A stretch of DNA of 57,806 bases, filler included, from Diploschistes diacapsis (taxonomy: Eukaryota): assembly GCA_023645945.1 (NCBI GenBank). It is 6 parts of 6 records of this genome, joined end to end, with 100 filler letters (N's around TTAATTAATTAA, not from the genome) between each part and the next. Parts side by side here need not be neighbours in the genome. Positions count along the whole stretch, not along the records: positions 9,659 to 19,216 come from JALAIB010001025.1; positions 19,317 to 28,872 come from JALAIB010001026.1; 4 more parts are not named here. One strand, given 5' to 3'. The translations under genes and the position numbers were made by a program. A model generated the notes under the pieces. The model searched no databases. It was not told where the DNA came from and was given only the letters and a program-made list of their open reading frames with translations. This document shows, in pieces, positions 11,128 through 23,590 of this stretch (position 1 is its first letter; every line of letters starts with the position of its first letter).

Positions 11128-12421
11128 TCACATTCCCGCTGCAGCAGCATTCGGGTTGGAGTCGAGAACGTTGTCGGATAGGTTGATGAGCAGCTGGGCC
11201 AGGCAGCGCTTTGTGGCTGCGTCGTCGCGAAGCACAGGAGAGAATGTAGCGTCGCGTAGGGGCTCAGGAAGGCATTGGCGCAGGGCTTCTCGTGCGCGAG
11301 CATTGTCGCTGAGGCTTCGTGACGTCAGGAGAGTTGAGTAGCAATACGAGGTACTTGACTTACCGTAAGAAACAACGAACAACGTGCTTGAGCAAGCGTA
11401 CGGTCTGCTGTTCCACAAGTTGCATGACCATGTTGCTGAGCACAGTGCCAACAGCATAGAACCTTTCGTAAGTATGGCACACATATGATAATCCAAGATC
11501 ATCGAGAAGGATCTTCTGCACAATGAATATGGCAACGGTCTTGCTCAACTCAGATCCCGTCTCCATGATGCGCAAACACAGCGGAATGATCTCGGTGCTG
11601 AGAAGGAAGTTGATGACTTCGGTGGAATCGTTCTTCACAAGCGCGCCAATCACACCGAGCGAGGTCAGGCGGAGATACTCAAAGGGACGAGATTTCGAGG
11701 TCGTGTTAAGGAACGGGTAAAGGAAAAGCGGAATGTGTGCTGGTAGAAAATTAGTTCGACGCAAGCAGAATAGCAACCAACCTACCGCTCAGGAACAATC
11801 CACGAGTCTCGTTGTGGGAAGCCACACATTGGAGGAGTGCGAGGGCGTTGCAGACGCGGTTCGAAGCAGCAGCAGTAAGCTGAGAAGGATTTAGTAGTGG
11901 ATAGACGGAAATGATCTCTTGGAGTAAAGTCGTCATGACTCCTGTACAAACTGGTCAGCTTTACATGTAGAGCGAGATGGTTGTAGCATACCAAAAGAAT
12001 ACCAGATGATAAGGGCAAGCTCAGGCACTTGCTCCCTCTTCTTGCTCAGTTCCATAAGAGCCTGCTCCCGAGAGTTGCCATTGAGAAGCTCCGCGACCCA
12101 GTTGACGAGACGGTGATGCTCCTCACCAAAGTTGTTCTCCGCAAGTGCGCCTGAAGAGCCCATGTCGGTGCTAAGGGTGTGACCAGAGTGAGTATGACCG
12201 TTGGTGTTGTTTGAAGCAGCGATGCGGTTGTAATGGTTCTGCTGAGCCACTGCTGCAGCTGCTGCAGCGGCGGCGGCAGATGCGTGATTGTTCTGGTGCT
12301 GCATATGGTTGGGATGCTGCTGCTGCTGTTGGTGGTGAGCCTGCTGCTGGTGAAGCCATGAGGGTTCGTGCCCAAACTGGTGCTGATGAGAGAAGACATG
12401 CTGCTGCTGTGAAGGCAGCAT
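11128..12421 (-). CDS. CAF40: CCR4-NOT subunit Caf40/Not9/Rcd1; exons 12421-11992, 11941-11786, 11739-11364, 11314-11128
   Basis: Rcd1 motifs [74 protein letters not shown]-rich N-terminus; three GT-AG introns in frame. Confidence 0.97.
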
Positions 12422-13073
12422 CTTCAATGCTAGTCTGTCAAAGTGGACACGAGGCCGGGGACTGTAGAGGCTATATCTTTCGAGAGAGCGGGTGCGGACG
12501 TAAGGAGAAGAAACCTCCGGAGTCAAGCTGTAGAAGTGAAGATATAGTAAAGTGCAGGGACTTTGATATAATTATAAGTTAGCACTGTACTAAGTACCAG
12601 CCCGAGAGAGATTGCCGCACAATACGGCGGCACGTGATTGGCTCTACAATCAAGCGTGTTATTGTCGCCGAGCTATTCAATAAGATCACTTTCACTCCAC
12701 GTTTAGCCTTGTGACTGGATTTGCCAAACGAACAAAAAAAAAGAGACTGAATTTGTTCAATATAGTAATTGTTCCGGGGACAGTTGAATGTCGAGGTGTA
12801 AAGATGTGTGCTTGAACCAAGTGAAGCGTTCAACGTTATAGCAATCCGCTAGTGGATCATTAACGGGCAGGGATAAGTCGAACCTTCGACTGTTTATTAT
12901 GTATACATTCCGTGCTATCCATCCCACGCAATAGTTATGCTGTTGCCCGCTGAGCAGTCTCAGCGAATATATATTAACCCACCCTCTTCGATAAGCCTTA
13001 ACCGCGTCAAGGCTCATCATAAGAATGTCAATCGCTCATGAACACTCCTCGCTCGGCCTGATATTGTAAAAGT

Positions 13074-16000
13074 CTAGAGTCGTAACGCATCAAGAATCTT
13101 TGAAGCCATGTTCTTGTACTGCCAAGTGCCTCCTGCAACCTTTTTGAACTGAATGCCATGCAGCGAGAACAGGGGAACCTTGACAATGAAGATCTCGAAT
13201 CTCAGGACAAGGTTCTCGCCCAAATCACTCTCCACCTGTGTCGTTGTCTCACCCGCAACTCGATGTGCTTGCCGCCGGCGAACCCCTCGATCTTGGTCCT
13301 CGTCCGACTCATCAGAGCCCGTGAAACTCATGTCAGGCCCTCTTCTTCTGCTGGGCTGATGGGGCGATTTCTCCAAATCTCGAACCTCGTCCCTATCGCC
13401 TCCACTGCCCATAAAGCCACCGAAGCTGATCCGCCGACGGTGACTTGGGGATCCGAAAGCCTGCCGGTCCGGGGTGGCAGGAGTAGCGTCTACTGACTTG
13501 AGATCAATGCTGGGTGTGTGACGGCAGCTGAAACCGCCTTTGATTTCTGTGTAGTCAACTCCCAGCTGTTTGAGGACCCGGATAATGTCGGCGCGTATAA
13601 TATACAGTGGCTTGCTGCTTGTTGTCGAAACGCTGAATAGCCCTTTGAGGAATACTGGTTTCATTTCGCCTTGTCCCTCGCCTTCGGTTTCCTCACCAAC
13701 ATCCGTCTCCTCAGGTACTTGCCCATGTTTCGAATCCCCCCTTCGCAGACGACGAGCTTGTATACTATCACGCCTTGCATGACCCAGCGACTTGGTCCGT
13801 GGGGTGGTTCTTGCAGGAGCGGTTGGCTTCTGTTCTGGCTGGGGCGGTTCGCTTATCTTCACCCGAGGGCCACTGCTACCACCGCCGCCAATACTTGATC
13901 TATCGGATCCGCTTGTCGGTGGTGGATCTCCAATTGATGGGCTCACAGCAGGTTCAGTCTCATCTGTTCGTCCTTTTCTCCGTCTATATTCTCCCATGTT
14001 CACGCTCGTGGATCGACCCAACAGTTTGCTGCCGGCTCGCGATACCGCACCACCACCTGCCGATAATGGTGGAGTGAGCAGTTGACCTTGGTGAGGTTGG
14101 CTCCCGGCTGAATGGATCATGGGCGAGAGCGAGTCCTTGTTACGCGTTTTGCGAACGCTGAAAGTTCTCCTTGGAGGCGCTGCTGTATCGTTTGGAGGCT
14201 GAAGCTGTAGAGACGGAGGCTCGCGGTTGTAGTCTTTCCCCCTCCTTGTGCTGAGGCGTCGGAGAAGGCCACCTGCTACGCTCTCTTTCCTTTGCGACTG
14301 GGATGGGGCAGACGGGGTCACTATGGCTGGCGATTTTGGCCCACTTGATGAGATGTTCATGTTTTTAACGGCGTCCGAGGCTTCATCCTCGCCTTGTGTC
14401 CTTGCTCGTGGCCTTGAGCGGCCGCCCGTGGCTTTCTCGCCAGGCATTTCGTAAGCGTTGCTGTTCGTGTAAGCAGCCTCTGGTGGCGGCAGATCTGGCA
14501 TCTTCAAGGGCTTCTCGCCGGGCAATGTGGGCATCTGGAGGGCGCCTGGGTTCACTTCGACCTTCTCGCGCTCGTACTTCTCACGAACAAGGTAGTAGAT
14601 TGAAATGAGAGGGCTGTAGGCATTCACAGGATCATTGCCAAGATGGACGGCTTCGGCCGACATATTGGGCAGGGTATCCCGACTGTTGATGGAATTCCGG
14701 CGTTTGTAGAAGTCAAAGACGCCCTTCTTTCTCTCGTTTCCCGGTGTGAGATCCAAGATGTTGCGGTTCCTCAGGCGGACTGCACTCTGGTATTCCTCGG
14801 ACTCAATGACCTTTGTCAGTTCTCTTGAAATGTACTCCGGGCTTCCAAAATCAAAGCCTGTCATTTTCTCGATTACAACTGGATCAAGCGGAAGCTGCAA
14901 CGGTTCTCGATTGTGCAAGTAGGTATCTGGAGGGCCATTGAACCCTTTGGTCATCCAGGGATGAGACATCACTTCTGAAAGCGGCAGCCTTGACCTGGGT
15001 TCCGTCACAAGCATTCTGGAAATCAGGTTCTTGCATTCTACGTCTTCGTCAGTGTGGCTCTCCTGTGCTCAAGCAGGCAATCAACACTTACCGGCAGACA
15101 ACCAGCTTGGGTAATCAACAACACCCTTTTTTATTTTAGCATGCAACTGCGGCATACTTTGATCATCGAATGGGACTTTGCCGCACACAAGTACATATAG
15201 AACGATACCAAAGCTCCATATGTCAACTTCGGGTCCAGTGTATTGCTTGGCGTTAAGAAGCTCTGGCGCCGCAAAATACAAGCTGCCACAGAATGTCCTG
15301 AGGTAGCTCCTTGGAGAAAAGAGGTTGCTGAGGCCGAAATCGATGATTTTGATATCACCCGTCTTGCTGATAAGGATGTTCTCAATCTTGAGGTCCCGGT
15401 GAACGATGCTGTTCCGATGACAATAATCCAACGCGCTGGCAATCTGCCGTCCAAACTTTCTTGCGACTTTTTCCTTTAATCTTCCGTGCGAAATAATGTA
15501 GTCAAGCATCTGTCCACCATTGACATACTCGAAGAGCATATACCAGTGGTAGTTGGTTCTCACGACATCTCTCATGCCGCAAATGTATGGGTGGTTCAGC
15601 AGCGTAACGATAGCAGCTTCGCGAGCCGTACGAATTTCTTTCGAATGATCGGCGCGCTGGCGCTCTTTCTCCGAGGTATGCTCATCGGTCGATTGACGTG
15701 GGATGATCTTAATAGCGCACTGCAAGTCGTGATTGTTAGGCTTGCTCAATCCAAATGGAGAGCTTACCTACCGTCTCTCCAGTTTCCTGGTTCTTGGCAA
15801 TTTTCACCTTTCCCATGCTGCCCGCTCCAATCGTTTTTCCAAGTGACCACGTCCCGGTTTGCGCTGTTATCGTCGTCCGTTTCCTAATCGGTACCTGTTG
15901 ATCAGTGGCCGGGGGATCACTCCTCGCCTTTGCTGACGGTTGCTGGTAACCATTGTACCCTGCAGGGGCTTGCGTACGGGGAGCATCGGAACTGTATCTT

Positions 16001-16338
16001 GAAGCGCCAGATCGAGATTCTGTATGATGGTGGCTCCGTGAGCTATCATCGCGTTGGTTAGGCTGACCGGGTGAGCCCGGAGCATATGCCGGGTCTCTGG
16101 AAGAGCTTCGGCGGGTTGGCTGAGAGCGATTGAGGTTTGTTTGTTCATAGTCCCTTCTCGCTACGCCAGCAAGAGACTGTTGGTGCACATGCTCGCTGCG
16201 ATTGGTATCCCCCGGAGACGCTGGCGATCGCAGACTCTCGGACGGCGCTCTTTGGTGTTTCTCCGTACTTGGCGAAGCGTATGCTGTCTGCCGCCTCGAC
16301 GAAGTCCTGGCTATGGTAGGCCCAGCAGTGGTTGCCAT
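13074..16338 (-). CDS. KIN1: Kin1/PAR-1/MARK family Ser/Thr kinase with C-terminal KA1 domain; exons 16338-15772, 15719-15092, 15037-13074
   Basis: [36 protein letters not shown]1 segment [15 protein letters not shown]...[29 protein letters not shown]. Confidence 0.96.
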
Positions 16339-17204
16339 TATTGGTGTATGCTGGTGCGGATGGGAGGGTGGTCTCGCTACGACGTTCCGCTGACAGTAAA
16401 CAGGCAGTCGCTGCGAGGACGAGCTGCTTAGGAGGACTCGAGGCGTGCGTGCAGTCCAGAAGAGTAATCATTCATCATGATAGTGCATCGGTAGCTGCAT
16501 GCAATGCATAGCAATAGATGCGATTATCATTGGCCCGGGTGTGGTGAAGAGTCGAATTACAGACTGGCAGGACTGGCAAGGTCCCGAGGAAGCAGGAGCA
16601 GCTCTGGAGTTGAAGGAAACTCTTCACAACCGTCCCGCTCGCTGCCCAGGCGCTGCTTAGGGGTAAAGCATACAGTAAAAAGCCCCCAATCCAGGGCCCC
16701 AAGTACAAGTATCGGGGAAGAGACGTTTGAACGCACAAGGATGGGACCACGGTTTAAAGGCTTGGGGGTTTGACCTGGAATGGAATAGAAATACGGGTAT
16801 CTAGACTTCGCTATCCTATAGTTAATCAACTGCTGTAGGTATTGTATTCCGTTGAGCCATCATATGATTAGTCGATGCGAACCTGGTCTCCTTTTCTCTA
16901 CCAGGCTTGTGACAGCGATTTAAATGGCCTAATACTTTGACCGGAAGTCCTTCGATCCTCAAAGCCGATGCACGATGCACGTAGAATGTAGATTGTGCCT
17001 ATTCACACTTGTTTGTGTATAATATAAGATCACTTGAAGATGGTCGGGGGGGTTGAATGCCGTGGTGATACTGTACTGTATCTAAAGTCCGAACACGAAC
17101 AGGTACATCGGCTCCATTTTAAATTGAAAACCAGACAGGCTCACGAGCTTTATATGAAGCGCTCCAAGTTTTTTGTGAAATGACTACAGAGGATGAGCGT
17201 TGCC

Positions 17205-19216
17205 ATGGCCGGCAAAAGGTCACGCGCAGCATTCGAGGCCGACCTCCAGGCCCAACAGTCTCCCTATGTCTTTTACGGCACACCCTTACCGCCACTAGAC
17301 CCCAATGTTCGAGATGATGGATCCTATGTTCCCATTTGGAAGCAAGAGGTTACTGATGACCGAGGGCGGAAGAGATTGCATGGCGCTTTCACTGGTGGCT
17401 TCAGCGCTGGGTAAGCTCTCGCTTTAGTGTCTGCCGTGTGCGCTAATGTCTCTGCAGCTACTTTAACACCGTTGGCTCCAAGGAAGGATGGGCTCCCTCT
17501 TCTTTCGTCTCTTCGAGGTCGAATCGATGGAAAGACGCTGGAGGTGTACAGCAAAAGGCGGAAGACTTTATGGACGAGGAGGATCTGGCCGAAGCTGAGG
17601 AAGCCCGCAAAGTGTCTACTAAGGATACATTTTCTGGCCTTGGGAGTACGGAAGATGAAGTCTCACGGCGGGCTCCCCTGGTAGACCTACTGAGACCCTC
17701 AGGGGAGAACATGGGAGTAAAGCTCTTACAGAAGATGGGATGGAGAGACGGGCAGGGTATTGGGCCCAAGCTATGGAGAAAAGCTAGGCTGGAGGGACAC
17801 GAAGCAAAAGAGAATGGAGAGGAGAAGCATTTGTTCGCTCCACATAATTCCAGAATGATAACGTTCGTGCGCAAGAACGATCATAAAGGGCTCGGCTTTG
17901 CAGGCGAGGAAAAGTTGAATCAGCCCACCCAGACCAAGAGTAAAAGTTCCGACAGCGAGGACGACGGATATCCAGCCAGGCTAAAACCGAAGAAAAAAGC
18001 TGCTCCTAAACGCGGCGCATTCGGTATTGGTGTTCTCAACGATACTGGCTCGGATGACGAGGATCCCTATTCCATGGGCCCAAGGATATCTTACAACCGT
18101 GTTATGGGAGTGGACAAGAAAAAGAAGAAGAGGCCCGCCACTAAATCTTTATCAGGCACCACCAACGGCTCTAATCCTCTCCTCAATGACCGACACCTCT
18201 TTGTTCCCAAAAAACTCAACAAATCCAGCGGTGGCTTCCGTAGATGCCACGACGGCCTCCTCCCCCTCGATGGCTTCATTCTCTCCACACACCCCTCTAT
18301 TCCTCAAGAAACCAAATACCAACCGCCAAAGGTACCCCCAGACTGGATCTCTTCAAAAAGGCCCTTGACCACCACTTCCACCGCCCAGAATCCATCGACA
18401 CATCAATCAAAATCCGACCTCGCAAAATCTTCCACCCACACTCCCTGCACCCGCGGATCCCTTCTCGGCGAGACCTCTCTCCCCGGAAAATCAGTATTCT
18501 CCTTCCTCAAACCCGAGGCTAGGGAAAAAATCGCAAGTCTCACACACAACCCCTCCCTCCCCGCCGCCGGATCCGAAATCCCTTCCTCTCCGTCTCAAAA
18601 AGATGCCGACCCAACATCCCTCATCCCCCTCCTCGACCCTGAAATAGCAGCCAGAGCCCTCGGCCGCGGCGTCAAGGGCTTCATCCCCTACGCCGACGAC
18701 CCGGCAAAGTTAGAAAGATACCGCGCCTTCCTCTCCTTCCGCGCGGGCCTGAACCCCCAGAACCAGCCAGCAGGAGACGCAGCGCCGGCGCCGACGAAAC
18801 CAAAGGATTTCAGCAAAGACGAGTGGGTCGCCGAGCTGCACGAGTTCGCGCACGCCGCCACGATATTCAAACCCATGACGGGCATCATGGCGAGCCGCTT
18901 CACCTCCGCCTCGACCTCAACCTCGACCGGCGACAAAGAGCACAGCGGCGAAGCCCGTGCAGCAGCAACGGCGGCGAAGAAACCCTCCGACCCCGCCGAA
19001 GACGCCGCCGCGCTGAACATGTTCGGCCCGCTCACCCGCAGCGCGGCGTACTTCTACCCGAGCCGGCTGCTGTGCAAGCGCTTCGACGTGCCCGTGCCGG
19101 CGCACGTCAACAGCGCGAATGAAGGCACCTCTGGGTCTGGCACTGCTCCCTCGTCCACTGCTGCGGGCGGCACGCATCCGCAGGGTGGGGGTAGCAGGGT
19201 TGATGTTGAAGGCGCT
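17205..19216 (+). CDS. GPATCH1: G-patch domain protein 1 homolog (DUF1604 + G-patch), 3'-truncated; exons 17205-17410, 17458->19216 (alternative ATG 17193)
   Basis: RLHGAFTGGFSAG|YFNTVGSKEGW across a GTAAGC..CTAAT..CAG intron; G-patch MGVKLLQKMGWRDGQGIG; MFGPLTRS..FYPSRLLCKRF. Confidence 0.9.
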
Positions 19217-19316
19217 NNNNNNNNNNNNNNNNNNNNNNNNNNNNNNNNNNNNNNNNNNNNTTAATTAATTAANNNNNNNNNNNNNNNNNNNNNNNNNNNN
19301 NNNNNNNNNNNNNNNN
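19217..19316. other. Artificial contig spacer
   Basis: N44-TTAATTAATTAA-N44. Confidence 0.99.
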
Positions 19317-19981
19317 GGGGAATACTTGCTTTGTAGGGACTTTCGCCCGGGATATGTAGGAATACCCAAGATGGAATGGGGGACATGAAGGCTAGGCTAG
19401 GATATGAAGAGCCAGAAAAGCGCTCGCTCAATGTGATAGGTTAATTGCTTGGATCCCCATTAGTGTACATTCCCCATTGTGAAAGTCTGACAAACTCCGA
19501 TGTTACCCCAAACGAATGCTGTATAGATTAATGCAAGGGCACGGCTGCTATGTAGATAGTACAGTATAAACAGCAATCCCCATTGTGCCTTTGTACATCC
19601 TATCCCAACATCCGAAGTAAATCCTTATCACGAGATCCTCTTTTCCCTGTCGTCACACCGTGCCGGAAACTTCCGTACCCTGAAACCAGAAACGGCCAAC
19701 AAGTCAAAAAAAAAACGAGAACAAGCAACAACAATCTGGGCAAAAAGTCCAATTGTCCGTTCCCAAGGCGAAAGTTGCAGAAGGGTATCTTTGCTGGAAA
19801 AAAAAAGAAAAGGAATGAAAAAGTATCAAGACCGAACGCGCCGAACGCTCTAGGAGGGTGGCTCCGAAACCAAGCGTCGGCGCCGCCATGGCTGTAGTAT
19901 ATATACTGGCGCTCCCACCGTTGCCTGGGCCTTCCCCCCACACACCAAAACCCTTCTGCTCTCCCTGCTAATTCTCATCCC

Positions 19982-21700
19982 TCAACCCACATCTCGTCGA
20001 CCCCAATCTCCCTCGCCCACTCTTCTTCCCCCTTCTCCTGCCCCTCCATTCCCTTTCTTCACCTCTCGCTGCCCTGCACCTTCCCGTCCCCCTTCCCCAG
20101 CGCCTCCGCCATCGTCACTCAATTCCGGATCCGTCTTCGTCCCCAAATCACTCTCCTCCAAGAACTTCCTCCCCAGTAACCTCTCCGGCAAATACTCCTG
20201 TCTGACCTTGCCTTCTCTATAATCCGGATTGTACTTGTACTCCTTTCCATACCCCATCTCCTTCATCAGCCTCGTCGGCGCATTGCGCAGATGAATTGGA
20301 ATCGGCAAGCCCGCGACGCCCGGCTCGGCGAGCGCCATCTCCGCGCTGCACAGACCCCTGTAGGCACGGGTACTTTTGGGCGCCAGGGCCAGGGCGACGG
20401 CGGCGTGGGCGAGGGGAATGCGGGCTTCGGGCATGCCGATCTTCTCCGCGGCCGTGTAGGCGGCCACGGCGAGGGGTAGGTGAGCTGAGGCCGCGAGGCC
20501 GACATCTTCAGATGCGATGACGACCAGCCGCCGCGCGATGTACAGCGCGTCCTCGCCCGACTGCAGCATGCGCGCGAGGTAGTAGAGCGCGGCGTCCGGG
20601 TCGGAGCCGCGGATGGATTTGTGGAGGGCGGAGATGGTGTCATAGTGCTGGTCGCCGGCCCGGTCGTAGACAAGGGTTTTGGTTAGGGCAGACTTGAGCT
20701 TGTCTAGCGTCATGTCTGCGTGCTGGGAGAGGGACATGGCGAGTTCGAGGAGGTTGAGGGCTGTGCGGGCGTCGCCGTCGGAGAAGGAGGCGAGGTAGTG
20801 GAGGAGTTCCTTGGTCATGAGAGTGGGGGAGGGGGAGTAGTTGGGTCCTTCTTTGGCGAGGGCGTGGGATAGGATAGTGGTTATATCTTCGTCGCTGAGT
20901 TTAGAGAGGGTAAAGGTCCTGCAGCGTGAGAGCAGAGCGTTTTGGACTTTGAATGATGGATTCTCGGTGGTCGCACCTATTAGGGTAACGTTTCCTGCTT
21001 CCACAGGCCCGAGGAAGACGTCCTGCTGGGATTTGGAGAAGCGGTGGATCTCATCGCAGAAGAGGATGGTTTTGCGGCCGGTGAGGACGAGTTCATTACG
21101 CGCTTCGGCGAAGATACGCTTGCATTCACCCACACCGCTGGACGTGCTATTAATCTCAATAAAGCGGCTCCCCACGGTATTAGCGATGACGCGAGCGATG
21201 GTCGTTTTGCCGGTCCCTGCACCGCCCCAGAGAATCATGGAGGGAACACGGTTGGATTCGATGAGCCTGCGAAGAACGCCATTGGGACCCACGAATTCCT
21301 GGCCGTAGACGTCGTCGAGGCTGATGGGACGCATACGCTCTGCGAGAGGGGCGGCTTGAGTGAGAGGCGAGATCTTCGGACGCTTGGCTAGGGATTCCGC
21401 ATCTTCCCGGTCGAGTTCCGTAGATTGCTCAAATGATCGTTTGTTGGTAGGCAGTTGCGACGCGCTTAGGGATTTATCACCACTACCGTTCGCAGCTGGG
21501 GATGAAGCTTCTCTTGCGATACCATTTGTGGATGTCGCCGCCGGCTTCTTAGCCGGTGTTTTGAAAAAGCTCGACACAGCTCCAGAACCATTCTGTGGTG
21601 TAGAGGGAGGGTTTTCGATGGAAGTAGCGCAACCAGAGTCAAGGTGTGAGTTGATGTTTGCTTCTTTTACGGGCTTGCCGCAGATCGGGCAGCTCACCAT
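19982..21700 (-). CDS. MGS1: DNA-dependent AAA+ ATPase Mgs1/WRNIP1/RarA family with N-terminal UBZ zinc finger
   Basis: CPIC..INSHLD (UBZ4), PLAERMRP, Walker A GGAGTGKT, Walker B DEIHRF, GATTENP, YDTISALHKSIRGSD, HLRNAPTRLM; intronless. Confidence 0.96.
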   Translation of the reverse strand: MVSCPICGKPVKEANINSHLDSGCATSIENPPSTPQNGSGAVSSFFKTPAKKPAATSTNGIAREASSPAANGSGDKSLSASQLPTNKRSFEQSTELDREDAESLAKRPKISPLTQAAPLAERMRPISLDDVYGQEFVGPNGVLRRLIESNRVPSMILWGGAGTGKTTIARVIANTVGSRFIEINSTSSGVGECKRIFAEARNELVLTGRKTILFCDEIHRFSKSQQDVFLGPVEAGNVTLIGATTENPSFKVQNALLSRCRTFTLSKLSDEDITTILSHALAKEGPNYSPSPTLMTKELLHYLASFSDGDARTALNLLELAMSLSQHADMTLDKLKSALTKTLVYDRAGDQHYDTISALHKSIRGSDPDAALYYLARMLQSGEDALYIARRLVVIASEDVGLAASAHLPLAVAAYTAAEKIGMPEARIPLAHAAVALALAPKSTRAYRGLCSAEMALAEPGVAGLPIPIHLRNAPTRLMKEMGYGKEYKYNPDYREGKVRQEYLPERLLGRKFLEESDLGTKTDPELSDDGGGAGEGGREGAGQREVKKGNGGAGEGGRRVGEGDWGRRDVG

Positions 21701-22338
21701 GGTTACATCAGGCTAGTTTTGATAAAGTTGAATCATCTTGCCACCAGTAAGAAGAGATTTTGAGTTGTGTCGGTTTTGAATCGGAGGCACTGATTTCCCG
21801 GTCTATGTACTGAGAACCTCAGCTGCCGCTTCTACGTTTGATTATCGGAAATAAAATCGTACACCAACTCCATGAACGAATTGCAGGCCATGATTGGCTT
21901 ATGCGTGACTTGGCGGTTCTTTCACTCGTCCAGAATTCTGCGATGTTCATGCAGGAGTCCTGCAGCAGGACTACGGTCGGTCAGTCGGTAAAATCAAATC
22001 ACTACTATCGGGTCGTTGGGGCAGGAATGATATGTGGGTTTGACAATTCGGATTGACATTGAAGTTCTGAATCTGTAACCTTTCTAAAGCATGGCTTCTT
22101 AAGGTTTTGAGCTGCTGTCGCGGGTGCACACTAAGCAGATACTGACACATAGATGCTTATGGAAATCTCGCAGTGCATCTCCCACGCCCTAGATGTCGCG
22201 TCGAGAGTCCCCATTGAAGCGTGAGTCTCTCATTGATCTCGATACTGATATTATCGTTAAAGAAGAGAGTATGGCTGACTCCCCCACAAGTCTTTGAACA
22301 CTGAACTACCACTCCGTACCGTCCACCTCGAGCTCTTA

Positions 22339-22962
22339 TTACATCACCACGCCAGAGTTGCTGCAACTAACTTAGCACTGCAATATCTGTGGACGTGCGA
22401 CATACCTAGCGATACGTGGCCATAGTTCGGCAGCCTCCTTGCCGACCGGTCCTGTTATAGCGGAACCTTTCATTTCGCCCTTGGGATTGACGATAACGGC
22501 CGCATTATCTTCGAAGTAGAGATATGTCCCATCAGATCTCCTCCAAGGCTTACTCTGCCGTACAATCACCGACGGATGGACCTTTTTTCGCAGTTCGGGC
22601 TTCCCTTTCTTGACTGTGGACATGACCATGTCCCCTAACAGCCATGAGTAACCAGCCAATTGCAAAGACTAAGCAAGATGATTGTGCGTACCGACTCCAG
22701 CAGCTGGCAGGCGATTTAATCTTGCTCCAAAGCCTTTGACTGAGATGATGTATATGGAGCGTGCTCCAGAGTTATCGCAACAATTAACGGTGGCGCCCCT
22801 GCATCGCTTTAGTGAGGGATATCATTGAATTGAGCAGAAGATTGTGCATACACGGGTAAACCCAAGGTCATTTTCAGTTTGTTTCCAGAGGCGGCGCCTC
22901 GCCTATGACCACATCAGCAGAATCTTGACATGGTTCCGAACAGCATACCCGCGCTTCGACAT
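22339..22962 (-). CDS. RPL23: 60S ribosomal protein L23 (uL14); exons 22962-22949, 22902-22852, 22798-22692, 22634-22406, 22360-22339
   Basis: Spliced translation [35 protein letters not shown]...[14 protein letters not shown]...[22 protein letters not shown]...WPRIASNSGVVM*; four GT-AG introns. Confidence 0.98.
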
Positions 22963-23095
22963 TTTGGTCTATTGTCAAGGAAGAAGGGTCTTGATAAAAG
23001 TAGAGAAGGTTGTGTTGGGTTTCCTCGTGACAATTTTGAAACCCCATTGAGTGTGGGACAGAAACCCTGTATTTTCCGTGTGCCGCCAAGCCCGC

Positions 23096-23104
23096 TCACG
23101 TGAC
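23096..23104. promoter_or_regulatory. Extended E-box TCACGTGAC (Cbf1-type site) upstream of RPL23
   Basis: Match to RTCACGTG about 135 nt upstream of the RPL23 ATG. Confidence 0.4.
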
Positions 23105-23590
23105 TCCCTCGGAGCATATCTGCACCCGGACTTGTAGATACAAGATACAGCAACTTTTAGATAAAAGGCTCGGAAGCAATTATTAGACGTTTTTAACAAC
23201 AGTCAAGAAAGTATAACGCCTATGTACTGCATTTGCACAATCATGTCTCCGAGCTGGAAGGCCTAAACGGCGCTGCTGGACGGCCACCGTCATGACATTC
23301 CATCCCTTTATTTGTTAAGATATCTTCAGACGCTGAGACATCGCTAGCTGTAGACGCCGCTTCGAATCCGTCCAACAATGCCTGTTGTGTCTCATCGGAA
23401 GGAACCGCCGTGTGCCCTCGATAACTCCTCCATCTCCCGCAACAGCCCAGTCATCTTGGCTTGCGCATCCAAGTGACCACCATGGTCCCGACTCCCCAAG
23501 ACATGTTCGGGAACCATCCGTGCTGGATGACTTCAATGCTGTCCGAACTCTTCTCGCCCCAGCCTGCCCCCATTTCTGCCTCCCTCTTCC

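Noticed and set aside
12240..12420. CAG/GCN-rich tracts in CAF40
   Set aside because: Ordinary polyQ/H/A N-terminal low complexity in a fungal Rcd1 protein.
19982..20120. G-rich GGAGEGGR-repeat C-terminal extension of Mgs1
   Set aside because: Low-complexity tail with no evidence of function; similar G/C-skewed tracts occur near several contig ends.
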